This document shows positions 40,856-53,000 of a stretch of DNA of 64,000 bases, piece after piece. Both the position numbers and the translations under genes were made by a program. Position 1 is the first letter of the stretch; every line of letters begins with the position of its first letter. Below the pieces are notes generated by a model. That model had not been told where the DNA came from. It made no database searches and was given only the letters and a program-made list of their open reading frames with translations. This DNA comes from an uncultured Chthonomonadaceae bacterium (GTDB taxonomy: Bacteria; Armatimonadota; Chthonomonadetes; Chthonomonadales; Chthonomonadaceae). The DNA is taken from the NCBI GenBank assembly GCA_963835065.1, contig CAWIEK010000063.1:64001-128000 (forward strand), given 5' to 3'.

Positions 40856-43800
40856 ATGATTCGCAGACTTGAAGCAGGGCAAGCCGTTGGCATGATGCAG
40901 CCCGATCATGCCGCATTGGGAAGGGGAATGGCGCAAACGGCCTGCGCAAACCTGTCCATGCCGCTGCGATTAGCCCTCGCCTTTGTAAAGCCTGGGCTGG
41001 CAACCCCGGATTTTCTTGCTGGCATACGCGGCGGTTTGGACGCGGTTCGCCCCGGCTCGGCTCCTGTTCCCCTTATCGGTTGTACAACCCCCTATCCCAT
41101 TTGCAGCCTGGCAGCGGAAACGCTGCCGGATGCCGCGCTGACAATCGTGGCCGCGCAGGAGCAGGACCTGACCGTCCATATCGGGTTTGGCCCCAACGCC
41201 GCCTCAGACCCGGAAGGAGCGGTTGTCGCCGCGCTGGCTCACCCTCCCATTGCGCAGATGATCAAACATCGCCCGCATGGGTTTTTGCTGGTGATTACGC
41301 CGGGTTTCGCCGTCCGCGACAGCGATCAGCCGGTGGGACCGCATAAGGATTACGAAATCATCCGCTTGCTGGCCGCCAAATTGGGGCGTCATTTCCCCAT
41401 TTTCGGAGGTTCCGCCGCCGATGATTTTTTGCGCTGTCAGGCCCGCCAGCTTTTACGCGCCGATGTTCATGCCGATACCCTGCTTCTGGCGTTTGTGGAG
41501 ACTACGCTGTGTTTCGAGTACGACTACGCCTATGGAATGGAGCCGCGCCTGCCCGGTTATCGCGTGGACGCTTTTGCGGCAAGCGAAACCGGGGCATCCG
41601 ATGCCCGGCAGTCGGGGCAGTATGTTTCCCGGATCGAAAACCGCCCTGCCGTTGAATTCATTCGTGAGTGTCAGGCCCGTACGCCCGAAAAACCCCTGCT
41701 GTTCGCGGTCGGCGACGCGCTCAACGGATTCCATTTCGCGCGTCACTTCGCGTGGGGCGACAGGCCGGAAGCCGTCTTTTTCCAGCGCCCTCTTCCCCTT
41801 TCCGCGACCCTGTACCCCGCAGAGGCTTCCCGCGAAAAGATGCTTCAGGCCGCCCGCTTCCCTGATGGGGCGCGGGAAAGCGGTGGTTCACGCCCGCGCC
41901 CTATCCTTTCCCTGGCCGTGTGCGGCGCAGGCCGCCCGGACATTGTAAGTTCCGATGCGCAGCAACGAGCCGCCTATGTGGTGGAAGAGATACAGGCATT
42001 GCGCGGCAGCCTGTCCGGGACATCGTCGTGTGCGGAAAACGAGGCTGTCCTCGCCGGCTTCTACGCTTACAGTGAACACTGCGGCAATTATGATGTCGCC
42101 AATGTGAATAAGAACTTTGCGGTTGCCCGATTGTCGCTTGGCAACGAACTGTATCGGGACGCGGCGCAACTGGCGAAACTAAGCCTTTTATCGCAGCTTG
42201 CCTTGAAACTGCCGGAATGTAACACCGAAAAAGACATTGCCGTGATGGTGCTGGAAGCGCTCAATCAAGTGGATTACGCGGGGGGCATGATTTCATTCGT
42301 CAACTCCAAGGAAAACAAGATACGCGCCTCCTATGCGGTTAATGGATCGGAGGCCGACTGCGGGCAATGGAAAAACATCTCCGATTTAACCGTTCGAGAA
42401 CTTGACAGCGATGACATTCTGGCGTATGTCGTCAACACCGCCAACCCCTCTTCAAAGCCGATAGTGATTGGGGATTGTTCTCAGGAGGATAATGGTAATC
42501 AGGGCCATAGTAACGGGGATAATGGTACTCAAAGAGCGCGGTGTAATCAGGAGGCCGTTCGCGCGGGGCACATTCAGGGGCAGGTGATTTTTGCCCTTAT
42601 GGACAGCCGCATCGGGGAACGGGCGTTCGGCACATTGCAAATCGGTATCCCGCTGAATTATGATCCGAGCGCCTCGGAATTGGAGGCGCTGCAAACGTTC
42701 GCGCGCCTGGCCGCGCAAAGCATCGCTTCCCTGCGCGGGCGCCTGGAGTTTCAAAATCAGTTACAGCAATTGTACGCCCTCAGCCATGATGCGGTATCCG
42801 GCGAGGACATAGATAAGCTGCTGGAAGATTTCGTTCGTTTGGCAATGGAAAAAACCGGCGCGGAATGTGCCTCGCTGCGCCTGGTGGATCACGCCAAAAA
42901 CAAATTGTATTTCCGCGCGCTTTATCCGCCCAATGCCGAAATATGGCAGCAGAAGCGCGTTCTTGACGCGCGCCATCAGGGGATCAAGCTGCCTCCCGAC
43001 AGTCAGGACGACGGCTTTGAGTATATCGGGCAGCGCGTGTACCATGAAGGCAAGCCTTACCGCACTCAACGGGAGGACCCGCAGCGGCCTTACAATAAAT
43101 TTATTGAGAGTATGACAAGCGATCTTTCCGTGCCGCTGCTGCTGCACATCCCCGACGACGGGGAGGACGGCAATCAGGATATGTCTCTCCATCTGGCCGA
43201 CAGCCCCGGCACCCTGCGCAAAGGGCACTTTTTGGGTATTCTCACCGTCAACCGCAACGGGAACGATTTTCATCCCGAAGACGAGTATCGTCTCGTGGTT
43301 TTGGCGCGCATAGTGACGGCTTCCCTGCTGTTTGCCAATGCGCAGGTGCTGGCGACCACGCGCAATGATGTGTTTCGCTTATTTTTACACACGCTGCCTT
43401 CGCCCGGTTCCGTAGAGGAGCGTCGCGCCGTTTTGAATCAAGCGGCGGAAACCATTCGTAAAGCGCTGGGCTGCCAGACCTGCTCCATATTTCTGGAAAA
43501 CCCGCTGTCTTCCCAAACGCTGTATCTGGAGGCGACCACCAGTTCAAACTGGCCGATAAGGTGGGCAGCGCGATGCAGGCGTATGGGCACGGATTGACGG
43601 GCGGCGTGGCGCAGTTGAACATGCCGCTGCGCCTGACGGATGTGACGCGCTGCCGGGAGGGAGACAGCGCTTATGATGAATTGCGCGAGGATTATCCCCA
43701 GTTCTGGCAGGCAGGCATTTGTTGGCGCAACGTCCATTCGGAATACGAGGAGGACGCGGCGGATAACAACGGACGCAAGCAGTGGCTTGGCGTGCCGGTT

Positions 43801-44694
43801 TCCGTGCCGGGGGAAGCCCGCTGTCAGGGGGTGATTCGCTGCACGGCCTGGCACAGCGCGGAAAATTTCACGGAAGAAGACGAAAAATTGCTGATGGCGA
43901 TTGCGGAGTGGCTGGCGCAATGGCTGACCCTGCTGCAGCATCAAAGCGACTTTAGCGAAACCAAAGACCGTCTGCTCGCCTTTGTGTCCCACGAACTGCG
44001 CACCCCGCTGACTTCCGTAAAAAACAACGCCGAGATGCTGCTGAGTCCGATGTACGGCGACCTGGACAAAAAACATAAGCAAATGGTGTCGCGCCTGCAT
44101 CAGCGCAGTATCGAAGCGCTGGAAATGGTCAGCAACATGCTGGATCATGCCCGCTTCAACGCCGGCAGCCTGCCGCACAGGCCGCGCTACCTGAAAGTGA
44201 AGACGCTTCTCGATCAGATAACAAAAGAATTTTATGATACCTGCGAGGCGCGTCATATCACGCTGACAAGTTCGGCGGACCCGCCGGACGGCATGATGTA
44301 TGCGGACCCCGCACAGGCCAAAAGCATCGCGCAAAACCTGGTAAGCAACGCGGTCAAGTATACGCCCGATGCAGGTACAATCACCATCCGCGCCGAAGTT
44401 TCCAGTCAGGGGTGTCGTATTTCGGTGCGCGATACGGGCGTCGGCCTGACCCCGGAAGATGCCGAGCGCATCTTTGATCCGTTCTTTCGCGTCAAAACCA
44501 CGCGGCGCGCGACCGTGCCGGGAATTGGCCTGGGGCTGTCGCTGGTAAGGGAGCAGATCGAGCGGCATGGCGGTTCGGTGACAGTAAACAGCGAGATCGG
44601 CAAGTTTACGGAATTTATCGCGCTGTTCCCGCCGGGCAAAAAGCCCGCGCGCCGTTTTCCGGCATCGGCAAAACGTTCCCGGAAAGGAGATTAA
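40856..44694 (+). CDS. FIST-multi-GAF sensor histidine kinase (frameshift near 43545)
   Basis: FIST motifs IFGGSAADD and AGFYAYSE, GAF segments, SHELRTPL, NLVSNAVKY, DTGVG and GLGL. Confidence 0.85.
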
Positions 44695-44695
44695 C

Positions 44696-45898
44696 ATGCC
44701 TGCGGAAGTTCCGGCGCAAACCATTGTGATCGCCGATGATGATAACAGAAACCGTGAAGACTACGAGGCGATGCTTCAGCCGTTGGGATGTACGATTGTC
44801 CCGCTGCAAAGTAAAGAGGAGGTCTATGAATACTGCGCCGGCAACCCTCCCCCCGATCTGGTGCTGCTGGATTTGTGGTTCCCCGACATGGAGGATGGGC
44901 TGGAAGCCTGCCGCCGCCTGCGGGAAGCGTCGGCCCACTCGGAAATTGCCATCGTGATGATTACGGCGGTCGGCCACGATCCCAACAATTTGCAAAAGTG
45001 CATCGAGGCCGGCGCAGACGATTTTCTCGTTCGGGGCGTTGCCATCGTGGAACTTTTGCAGCGGGTCAGCAGCAAACTGCGGGCGCAGCGGGCCATTCGG
45101 CAACTGGTTGAGCGGGAGCGGGAGTTGGTCGAGCGTAAGCTGGATGCGGAGCGGCTGAAGGCTTTGGCTGAATTTGTCCGCAGCGTCAAGCATGATGTCG
45201 GCAACGCGCTGAACGTGATTGAAGTCGTATTTGAGGACTTCAATGCCAGCCGGGACCGCCTGCAAACCTTGAGAGCCTCGGTGGAACAGCAGATAATCGC
45301 TCTGGAGCAGACGTTTGCAGACAATCATGGTCAGCTTGCGGAATTGCAATATCTGGTGAATTTACAGGTGCAGGCGTTGCAGGCGCTGGCAATGAGCGGC
45401 GGCGCGGAGCCACAAGATGAAGTTGACATTCGCGCGCTGGTCAAAGACGCTTACACGCTGGCGCGCAAGCAGGCGCAGCCCAGCGTGGTTCGTTTGGAGT
45501 GCCCGCCCGATCTGGACGCAAAGGTAAGGGCGTACCGGTTCGGCCTGCTTTTTTCATTGCGCGAAATGGTTTTGAATGCGTCTACCTTCATTCGGCAGCA
45601 TGGCGAAGTCCATAAGACAAGCAGATCGGGCAGTATCCTTTTGAAAGCCGAGCGCGTGGAAATCAATGGCAGATCGGCGGTGCGTATCATCGTCGCGGAT
45701 GACGGGCCGGGCGTTCGGGAAGAACTGCGCGACAAGATATTTGAACAGGGCTTTCGTTCGCGGCCCGGCATCAGCGAACCGGGCGGATGGGGGCTTTATG
45801 CCGCCAAAATGCGCGTGGAAAAAGCGGGCGGGACGCTGCGGCACGAGCCTAACCAGCCACAGGGCGCTGTGTTCATCATCGAACTGCCTGTGCCGTAA
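44696..45898 (+). CDS. Hybrid receiver-histidine kinase
   Basis: IADDD, LLDLWFP, GADDF, KHDVGN, LNA and DDGPG motifs. Confidence 0.88.
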   Translation: MPAEVPAQTIVIADDDNRNREDYEAMLQPLGCTIVPLQSKEEVYEYCAGNPPPDLVLLDLWFPDMEDGLEACRRLREASAHSEIAIVMITAVGHDPNNLQKCIEAGADDFLVRGVAIVELLQRVSSKLRAQRAIRQLVERERELVERKLDAERLKALAEFVRSVKHDVGNALNVIEVVFEDFNASRDRLQTLRASVEQQIIALEQTFADNHGQLAELQYLVNLQVQALQALAMSGGAEPQDEVDIRALVKDAYTLARKQAQPSVVRLECPPDLDAKVRAYRFGLLFSLREMVLNASTFIRQHGEVHKTSRSGSILLKAERVEINGRSAVRIIVADDGPGVREELRDKIFEQGFRSRPGISEPGGWGLYAAKMRVEKAGGTLRHEPNQPQGAVFIIELPVP

Positions 45899-45943
45899 CT
45901 CAATCTTAGGTATGCGGGTGTTCGAGTGTTCAGGTATTCGGTA

Positions 45944-45974
45944 TGTGTTCATCATCGAACTGCCCGTGCCATAG
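45944..45974 (+). repeat. 31-bp copy of the kinase 3' end (45868-45898)
   Basis: Also encodes VFIIELPVP*; the 3 differences (CCT/CCC, CCG/CCA, TAA/TAG) are all synonymous. Confidence 0.9.
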
Positions 45975-46013
45975 CGGATTGACGCGCGCCTGTCCCTGTC
46001 AGACGGATTGTGT

Positions 46014-46589
46014 TCAGACCTTTTTCAAAGTTTCCAGGTACTTGAAAACTTCTTCGGCTTCCTTGCCGCCCATTTTGGCATGGGCGAGGAGGGGGATACC
46101 GTGCGGGCCTTTGGCGTCGGCAAGGGTCGGGTGCGCGGTCAGCAGGGATTTGACGACATCCAGATGGCCGAGCATTGTGGCCGTAAACAGATCGGGACGC
46201 GCGCCTTTCTCGATTAAAAACAGGGCAATATCGCGCCGTCCCATGTGTGACGCGCCGCCAATGCCCGCTTCCCAATCGCCGCCGCCCCAATCCACCGTTG
46301 CGTTCAAAACCGCAGGCTCTTTTTCCAGCAGCCTTTTGACCATATCCAGATCATAGTGCGCGAAAATCACGAAGTCCTGAACCAGCGTGCTGCTCAGGCG
46401 CGGCTTGCGCAGTTTCGGCTTAAACGTGGGCGCGGGATAATCGCGCGTCTCATCCGGCGTGGGCGCGGGGATAGGCGGCGTTTGCGGCTGCGCCTGCCCT
46501 GTGGTTTGCGCCTGCGCGATGGTTTCCGCCGACAAAACTCCGGCAATCAGCGCGGCGTGAAAAGCGCGGCGCGACATAGGTTCCTGCAT
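46014..46589 (-). CDS. Ankyrin-repeat protein with a Tat-like signal
   Basis: MSRRAF signal; GASHMGRRDIALFLIEKGA and GHLDVVKSLL repeats. Confidence 0.8.
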   Translation of the reverse strand: MQEPMSRRAFHAALIAGVLSAETIAQAQTTGQAQPQTPPIPAPTPDETRDYPAPTFKPKLRKPRLSSTLVQDFVIFAHYDLDMVKRLLEKEPAVLNATVDWGGGDWEAGIGGASHMGRRDIALFLIEKGARPDLFTATMLGHLDVVKSLLTAHPTLADAKGPHGIPLLAHAKMGGKEAEEVFKYLETLKKV

Positions 46590-46647
46590 AATCGTTTCCT
46601 TTCTGGTTCAGGGACACAGCCCGAACTGGTATCTACAACAAGAGGAT

Positions 46648-47079
46648 TCATTCTCTCTCCGCAGCCATCTTACGCTGTTCGGCGCGGCTTTCCGCAATCG
46701 CGTCCCACAAACCGTCAACCGCCTCATCCAATCCCGGATCTTCAGTGTGCAGAGCCTGTACCATTTGCATGATGCTTTCCATGCTTCCGTCTCCGGTTGC
46801 GGGGGGGATGATACCAAGTCTGGCCTGCTCGGGCGTGGGGTCGGGACGTTGAGGAATGACAAGTTTAGCCGCTTCCTCCGATACACTCCGCTGTTCCTGC
46901 ATTTCCGCCTTATCTTTGCGCCCTGCGTCTTCTTGTAATGAATCTTCTTGCCGTGTATCTACCAGCGACAGACGCACTCGCCGCCCCGTCCAGCGCGCGG
47001 CCTGCGCTGCCGCTTCTTCCCAGGTTCCCTCAAATTCGTACAGCCGTTGATTTCCTGATACGTTCATCGTTTCGTTCAT
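46648..47079 (-). CDS. Hypothetical protein
   Basis: AGGAGG RBS; EFEGTWEE...GRRVRL N-terminus of the kind seen in small accessory proteins. Confidence 0.6.
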   Translation of the reverse strand: MNETMNVSGNQRLYEFEGTWEEAAAQAARWTGRRVRLSLVDTRQEDSLQEDAGRKDKAEMQEQRSVSEEAAKLVIPQRPDPTPEQARLGIIPPATGDGSMESIMQMVQALHTEDPGLDEAVDGLWDAIAESRAEQRKMAAERE

Positions 47080-47235
47080 AGTACGCCTCCTGACGGCCTC
47101 GACGCGCTTGCAGCATCCTGACCCTGCCTACAGTTTCCCACATTTTCATCATAAACAAGCGTGAATAAACACGCCATCTTCATTCTACACTGATAGGCGG
47201 CAAACGCGCAAGTAAAAACTTAGCGGTTTTCTATA

Positions 47236-47273
47236 GCAAACAGCCTCCTGTCTTATGGCAGGAGGCTGTTTGC
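47236..47273. terminator. Terminator-like hairpin downstream of the displaced RND 3' fragment
   Basis: 15-bp stem GCAAACAGCCTCCTG/CAGGAGGCTGTTTGC. Confidence 0.65.
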
Positions 47274-47300
47274 GCGTTAGGGCAGGTGGCGCAAGGTAGA

Positions 47301-47417
47301 TTAGCGGCGGCGGGTAAGCGGGTTCAGGCGTCCCAAGCCTGTGCGCAGCTTGCCCCACAGCGGCGTGGTCACGATGTCGTCGAAGACCGAGGTAGATGAC
47401 GGGCGTGGTGAGCAGGG
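47301..47417 (-). repeat. Copy of the RND pump 3' end (50099-50214) with its own stop codon
   Basis: About 97 bp near-identical (3 substitutions, 1 indel), then the alternative terminus NPLTRRR* instead of NPRARRP*. Confidence 0.93.
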
Positions 47418-47437
47418 ACAACCGTTTAAGCGCGTGT

Positions 47438-49337
47438 TCAGGGCGATGTTAGCGCCGCAATATACAGGCGGACGCGCGGAGAGTTGTGTAAACTCAGACT
47501 TTCGACGCCCACATTGGAGCGTAAGCCAAGCAGAACTGCGTTCTTACTGTCCGCCGCCTTGCTTAAATCCGGCGCAGAAAGCAATGCAAGAGCCTGCCGC
47601 TGTTGAGCGTCGGTAAGCGCGGCAAATGGCAGGTGCCCCTCGACAATTTGACGGCGGGCTTCCTCGCGCAAACTGGAGTAAAAGCGCGTGGTGGAATACT
47701 CATGAAAAATACGATTCACATCCTGGTCGAAGGGGAAAGGCCAGATGTAATTGGTGAGCGTACTTTGGTCGTTGACAACTTCCGTTCGCGCCTTTGGCAA
47801 GCTTTTGGGCGTGTAAGGGGTATACCAGGACAATCCATTTGCGAGTTGCCAAAGCGTGAGCGTATCCGTAACCTCCGCCTCCCAATCCATTTGCGCTTTC
47901 ACTTGTTCCGGCGTCCAGGGCGTCTTCGCGTCTTTAGCCCCTCCCTTTTTCATGTTCTGCTTGACGGACAGCCAACGACTGAGAAGAGAGGCCGGAACTT
48001 CCAGATTGTCGGCCTTATACCAGCGGTTATAACGGAACAAGTAGAGGTTGGCCTCTGTTTGCTTCCAACTGGTATCTTGCCTGCAGGGCGCGAAAATTCA
48101 ATTCCTCTTTCAGCGGGCGCGTCAGAGGCTGAGAAAAAGGATTGGGAGCGCTCGTAGCGGATAAAGACGCGGGATAACCAGGCAGCGAGTAGTAGTCGGC
48201 AATAAACTCCATGTTGCTCTTGTCTGCAAGCCATTGAAACACTTCGGGGCGATAAGGTGGCGGGTTGCTGCGAGACGTCTGCGTGGGGAGGTCATTGGGC
48301 CAGACACGGGTGCTTTGATAGTTCGCCAACTCACGCCAGGCGCGTGGCGCAGCGCGTCCCATCCGCTTTACCTGCTCCGGCAGTTGATTTTGACTGAGCA
48401 TCAGCACGGCCAATTGTGGCGTCATGCCTGTAGAAAACGCATACACATGCGTTGCCTGGTAATCGGGAAGCAAAATGCCAACGGTGACTCCGTGCCCCCG
48501 ATTGTTGAAGCGCACAATAACGTTTTGCCAGTCTACACTTCTGTGCGCCGCAAACATGGTCGCGCCCTCAGTGTGCCCCAACAGGTTTTGCGCGCCGGAA
48601 GGCAGATCGCGCAGGAACACCGTTGTCGCCTGTTCCTCAAAGTCGCCCTGCGTCGCCATGCCTCCTTGCCCATAGAAGGATAAATCAATCAACTGGTTCG
48701 CGATTTGTTCCTGCATGTCGGCTGGCAGCAGGTTGAAAAACTCTTGTTGATTGGCTAACATCGCTTCGATTTGCAGATCACTGTGTTCCGGGTTGGGATC
48801 GTTAGGCTGCCTGCGGAAAGGCTTGGCGCGTAAATGCTGAAGAACCTGTTCGCGCAGCCCCGCTAACGCTTGTTCACGCTGGCTTAGAAATAAATCCCAC
48901 CACCGCTGGCGACGCTGCGCGGCGGCAGGAGCCATGTAGAGTTTGTACCCGGTGTTGTCACTCAGAGCATGCCATTCACCCGGCATCCATTCCGCCAGCG
49001 ACTGCATCAAGGCGCGTAGGGAACGCTGTTTCAGCCGCAGTTGCAGTTTCTGGTTTGCGCAGGAAGGGTCTGCTTTAAGCGTCAGGCCATTCGCGCTAAC
49101 CTTTTGCAGAAGTTCCTCCAAATTGATGCCTACCTCATCCAAACTGATTTTACGTTCCAGGCGCGTGTCATTCGGAATTGGTGGAGATTGCGTTACAGGC
49201 GATTGAGAGGGAAGCGTGGAAGGTGGTTTCTGCGCCAATCCTGCTGTACAAGCAAACAGTAAAAGTAAAGGCGCAAACCTGAAGCTCACTAAGTGTTGTC
49301 TTCTCAAAGTGACCTCCTCGCAAACATAGTTGCCCAT
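47438..49337 (-). CDS. Large exported hypothetical protein (frameshift near 48080)
   Basis: Signal peptide and an STN/secretin-N-like start (DTRLERKISL...LEELLQKVS); the two ORFs join as ...DTSWKQ...YLFRYNRWY. Confidence 0.6.
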
Positions 49338-49418
49338 ACCGAAGAGTGTTCATTCAATCGGCATGGGCAAGGAATAACAAAAGGCAGTCAGCTGTTCCAG
49401 TGGCAAACTGCCATAACG

Positions 49419-49847
49419 TTATTGAGTGATAGTGACATTGATGTGGTTCGTTGAGGCTGACCAAACGCCGAATCCATTCTCCAATCCGCCGTCAATACAA
49501 TAACACTCGTATACGCCGGATGAGTTGAATGATTCAGAAAAGCTATGGCTGCCGCCATGAAAAGCGGTAAAGTTGTCGAAGTTCGGATCCGTTTCCGAAA
49601 ACAAGTCACCCGTGCTAAGGTTGTTCCAGTGCGCCACGATGGATTTCCAATCGGAGTCACTGGAACTCAGCTGCACACTGTTAATCCATTGCATGATGAC
49701 AGTGTTCCCTCCCCCATAGAATGAGAAAGAACTGGTATTGCCGGCAATAGATAAAGAGCAGGTAGCCGCGCGGACAGGGCAAGCAAGCGTCAGCAAAGTG
49801 CCGATGCTCAGGAAAGCGAACAAACTGGCGTACCTCATTCGTTTCAT
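49419..49847 (-). CDS. Small secreted beta-rich hypothetical protein
   Basis: AGGAGG RBS, signal peptide, Ser/Asn-rich mature part. Confidence 0.65.
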   Translation of the reverse strand: MKRMRYASLFAFLSIGTLLTLACPVRAATCSLSIAGNTSSFSFYGGGNTVIMQWINSVQLSSSDSDWKSIVAHWNNLSTGDLFSETDPNFDNFTAFHGGSHSFSESFNSSGVYECYCIDGGLENGFGVWSASTNHINVTITQ

Positions 49848-50022
49848 GACGAGCCTCCTTGTTCCTTAAAGGAACAGTCGTGCGGCTTACCTTCAGAAGC
49901 CGCAGTATGATTGACTTATCATTGATAAGTTTTTTCTGGGATTTGTCAAGAGGCTACAGCAAAAATACTGCGATTTGTCGTAAAAGTTCACTCAACTTCG
50001 CGTAGAGACATGCTTTTAAAGC

Positions 50023-50058
50023 AAATGCCGCAAAATCAAGGTTGGTTTTGCGGCTTTT
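50023..50058. terminator. Terminator-like hairpin after the RND gene
   Basis: GCCGCAAAATCAA/TTGGTTTTGCGGC stem. Confidence 0.6.
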
Positions 50059-50098
50059 CGTGTGAGCTACTGATGCAGTACAGGCAAGTAGCGTAAGG

Positions 50099-53000
50099 TT
50101 AGGGGCGGCGGGCGCGTGGGTTCAGGCGTCCCAAGCCTGTGCGCAGCTTGCCCCACAAGGGCGTGGTCACGATGTCGTCGAAGACCGAGTAGATGACGGG
50201 CGTGGCGAGCAGGGTCAGCAGCAGGGAAAGCGTCTGCCCGCCGATGACCGTGTACCCGATGCCCCGGTTCGTCGCCGCGCCCGTGCCGCTGGAAAACACG
50301 AGCGGAATCATGCCCGCCACAAACGCAATCGTCGTCATCAGAATCGGACGCAGGCGGTCCCGGTTGGCCTGAATGATGGCGTCGTAGCGGTTCATGCCCC
50401 GCGCCCGCAGTTGGTTGGTGTGGTCTACCTGCAAAATACCGTTCTTTTTCACCACGCCGAACAGCACCATCAGCCCCAAAACCGTGAAGATGTTGAGCGA
50501 CTGGTGGAAAATCACGAGCGCGAGTATGGCGAACGGAACCGTCAGCGGCAGGGCGAGCAGAATGGTGATCGGGTGTATCCACGATTCAAACTGCGCGGCC
50601 AAAATCAGGTACATGAAGATGATCGCCAGCAGGAACGTGGTGACGAACGCGACTGCCGCCTTGACCAGCTCTTTCGATGTGCCGGACGGCCCCGATGTGT
50701 ACTGCGGCGGCATGTGCTGCTTGTCAATGATTTTTTGCAGCGCGGCGGATACGTCCGACTGTGACGCGGTGGGCAGCACGTTGCTGGTAATCAGCACGTT
50801 GCGCCGCCGGTCCTGCCGCGTGATCTGCGACGGCCCGGTTCCCGTTGTAAAGTCCGCCACCTGATCCAGCGTCACCGTGCCGCCCGGATTGGTCGTGGAC
50901 GGAACCGTCATCTGGCTGATAACACTTGGATCGTTGCGGTATGGCAGGTCGGCGCGGACGTGTACCTCGTACTGTTCGCCGTTTTCAAAGTAGTCCGTCA
51001 CTTTGTCGCCGCCCACCAGCAGGTGTCCCGTGTTGGCGATGTCGGCAACCGACACGCCCAGGTCGGCGGCGCGCTGGCGATCCGGCACGATGCCCAATTC
51101 CGGCTGCCCGACAATCAGCGACGTATCCGCATCCACCACGCCGGGAACCTTCTTGAACTCGGCCAGAACGTTCTGCGAATACTTTGTCAGTTCTTTCAAA
51201 TCCGGCCCGCCGATGAAGTAGGTAATGACCGCCTGGGGCGCTCCCGTCGAGAACGCGGGAACCGGTCCTGCGGATGTGCGCAGGTTGCCATACTTGGGCA
51301 GCACCTGGGTACGCGCCATCTGGGTCAAATCCTGCTGCGTCAGATCAGGGCGCTTGCTGACATCCACCAGCTTGACGAATATTGCGGCAAGGTTGGGCGT
51401 CTGCTGCGCGTTGTTGCCAATGGTGACAACGGTATACGCCACGCCTTTCAGCTTGCGAATGTCATCGGCAATGCGGCTGGCAATGGCGGTTGTGGCGCGG
51501 AGGGTCGTGCCTTCCGGCGCGCGAACGCTCACCTGGAACTGCAACTCGTCATCGTCCGGCAAAAAGTTCTTGGAAACCATCGGCACGGTAAACTTCATGC
51601 TGAACAGTGCCAGCAGGCAGGCCAGAATGACAATCCAGCGATGCCGCATGGAAAAATGCAGCATCCAGGTATACACGGCGTCAATCGGCTTGAAAATGCC
51701 TTTGTGCTTGCTGCCCTCGTTGGTGGTTGGTGACTTGTGGCTGGTGGCTGGTTGTCCTGTTCCCTGTTCCCTGTTCCCTGTTCCCTGAGTGACCCCTTCC
51801 TCACTGGGTACGCCGACGGGCAGGCCGTCCGAAGAGGGTTCTGCGGCGGCGGGTTTGGAGCGCTTGATCCAGCGGGAGGCGAGCATGGGCGTCATGGTGA
51901 AGGACACGATCAGCGAGACGAAAATGGCGAAGGCCATTGTCCAGCCGAACGAGTTCATAAACCGCCCGACGATGCCCGACATGAACGCGACGGGCAGGAA
52001 CACGGCGATCAGCGACAGGGTGGTGGCAAGCACGGCCAGCCCGATTTCGCGCGTCCCTTCAATCGCCGCCTCGAACGGCGTCATGCCCTTTTCTTCGATG
52101 AACCGATAGATGTTTTCCAGGACGACAATGGCGTCGTCAATCACGATGCCGACGGAAAGCGTGAGCGCGAGCAGGGTGAGGCTGTTGAGCGTAAAGTCTT
52201 TGGCGTACATCAGCGCGAACGTGCTGATGATACTGGCGGGAATGGCGATGGCGGAAATAATGGTCGTGCGCCAGTTCCACAGGAAGATGAGAACCACGAG
52301 CGCGGCCAAAATGCTGCCGAGTTTCAGGTGTTCCTTTACCGCGTCCGTGCTTGCCTTGATGTATTCGGACTGGTCGCGGGTAATGATGATTTTGTAACCC
52401 GGCGGCAATCCTTTCTCGATTTGTTTGAGGCGATCTTTCAGGCCGTCAACGGTCGCAACCGTGTTCAAGCCGGACTGCTTGCGGATGGACAAAATAACTG
52501 TCGGAACGCCGTTGTACAGCGCGGTGGTGTTTTCGTCTTCCACGCTGTCTTCCACATGCCCGACATCGGACACGCGAATAAACGCGCCGCCCTTTTTAGC
52601 AATTACAATGTCGTTGAAATTTTGCGCGACTTCTACCCGCCCGTGTGTGCGCAGGGTCAGTTCGCGGGTGTTCTGATCCACTTTGCCGCCCGGAACCTGA
52701 ATGTTCTGCGATTGCAGCGCGCGCTCCACGTCAATGGCGGTCAGGTTCACGGCGCGCAGTTTGCCGGGGTCAAGAATGATGTTAATCTGGCGCTTGCGTC
52801 CGCCGAGCAGCGTGACCTGTCCCACCCCGCTGACGTTTTCCAGTTGGCGGCGCAGGGTTTTGTCGGCGTACTCCGTCGTATCGCGCACATTGCCGGGCGA
52901 GGAAAGCGCCACTTCCAGGATCGGCGCGGCGTCCGGGTCTACCTTGTCCACAATCGGCGCTTTCAAGTCCTGCGGCAGATCGGCAAGGACGCCACTCACC

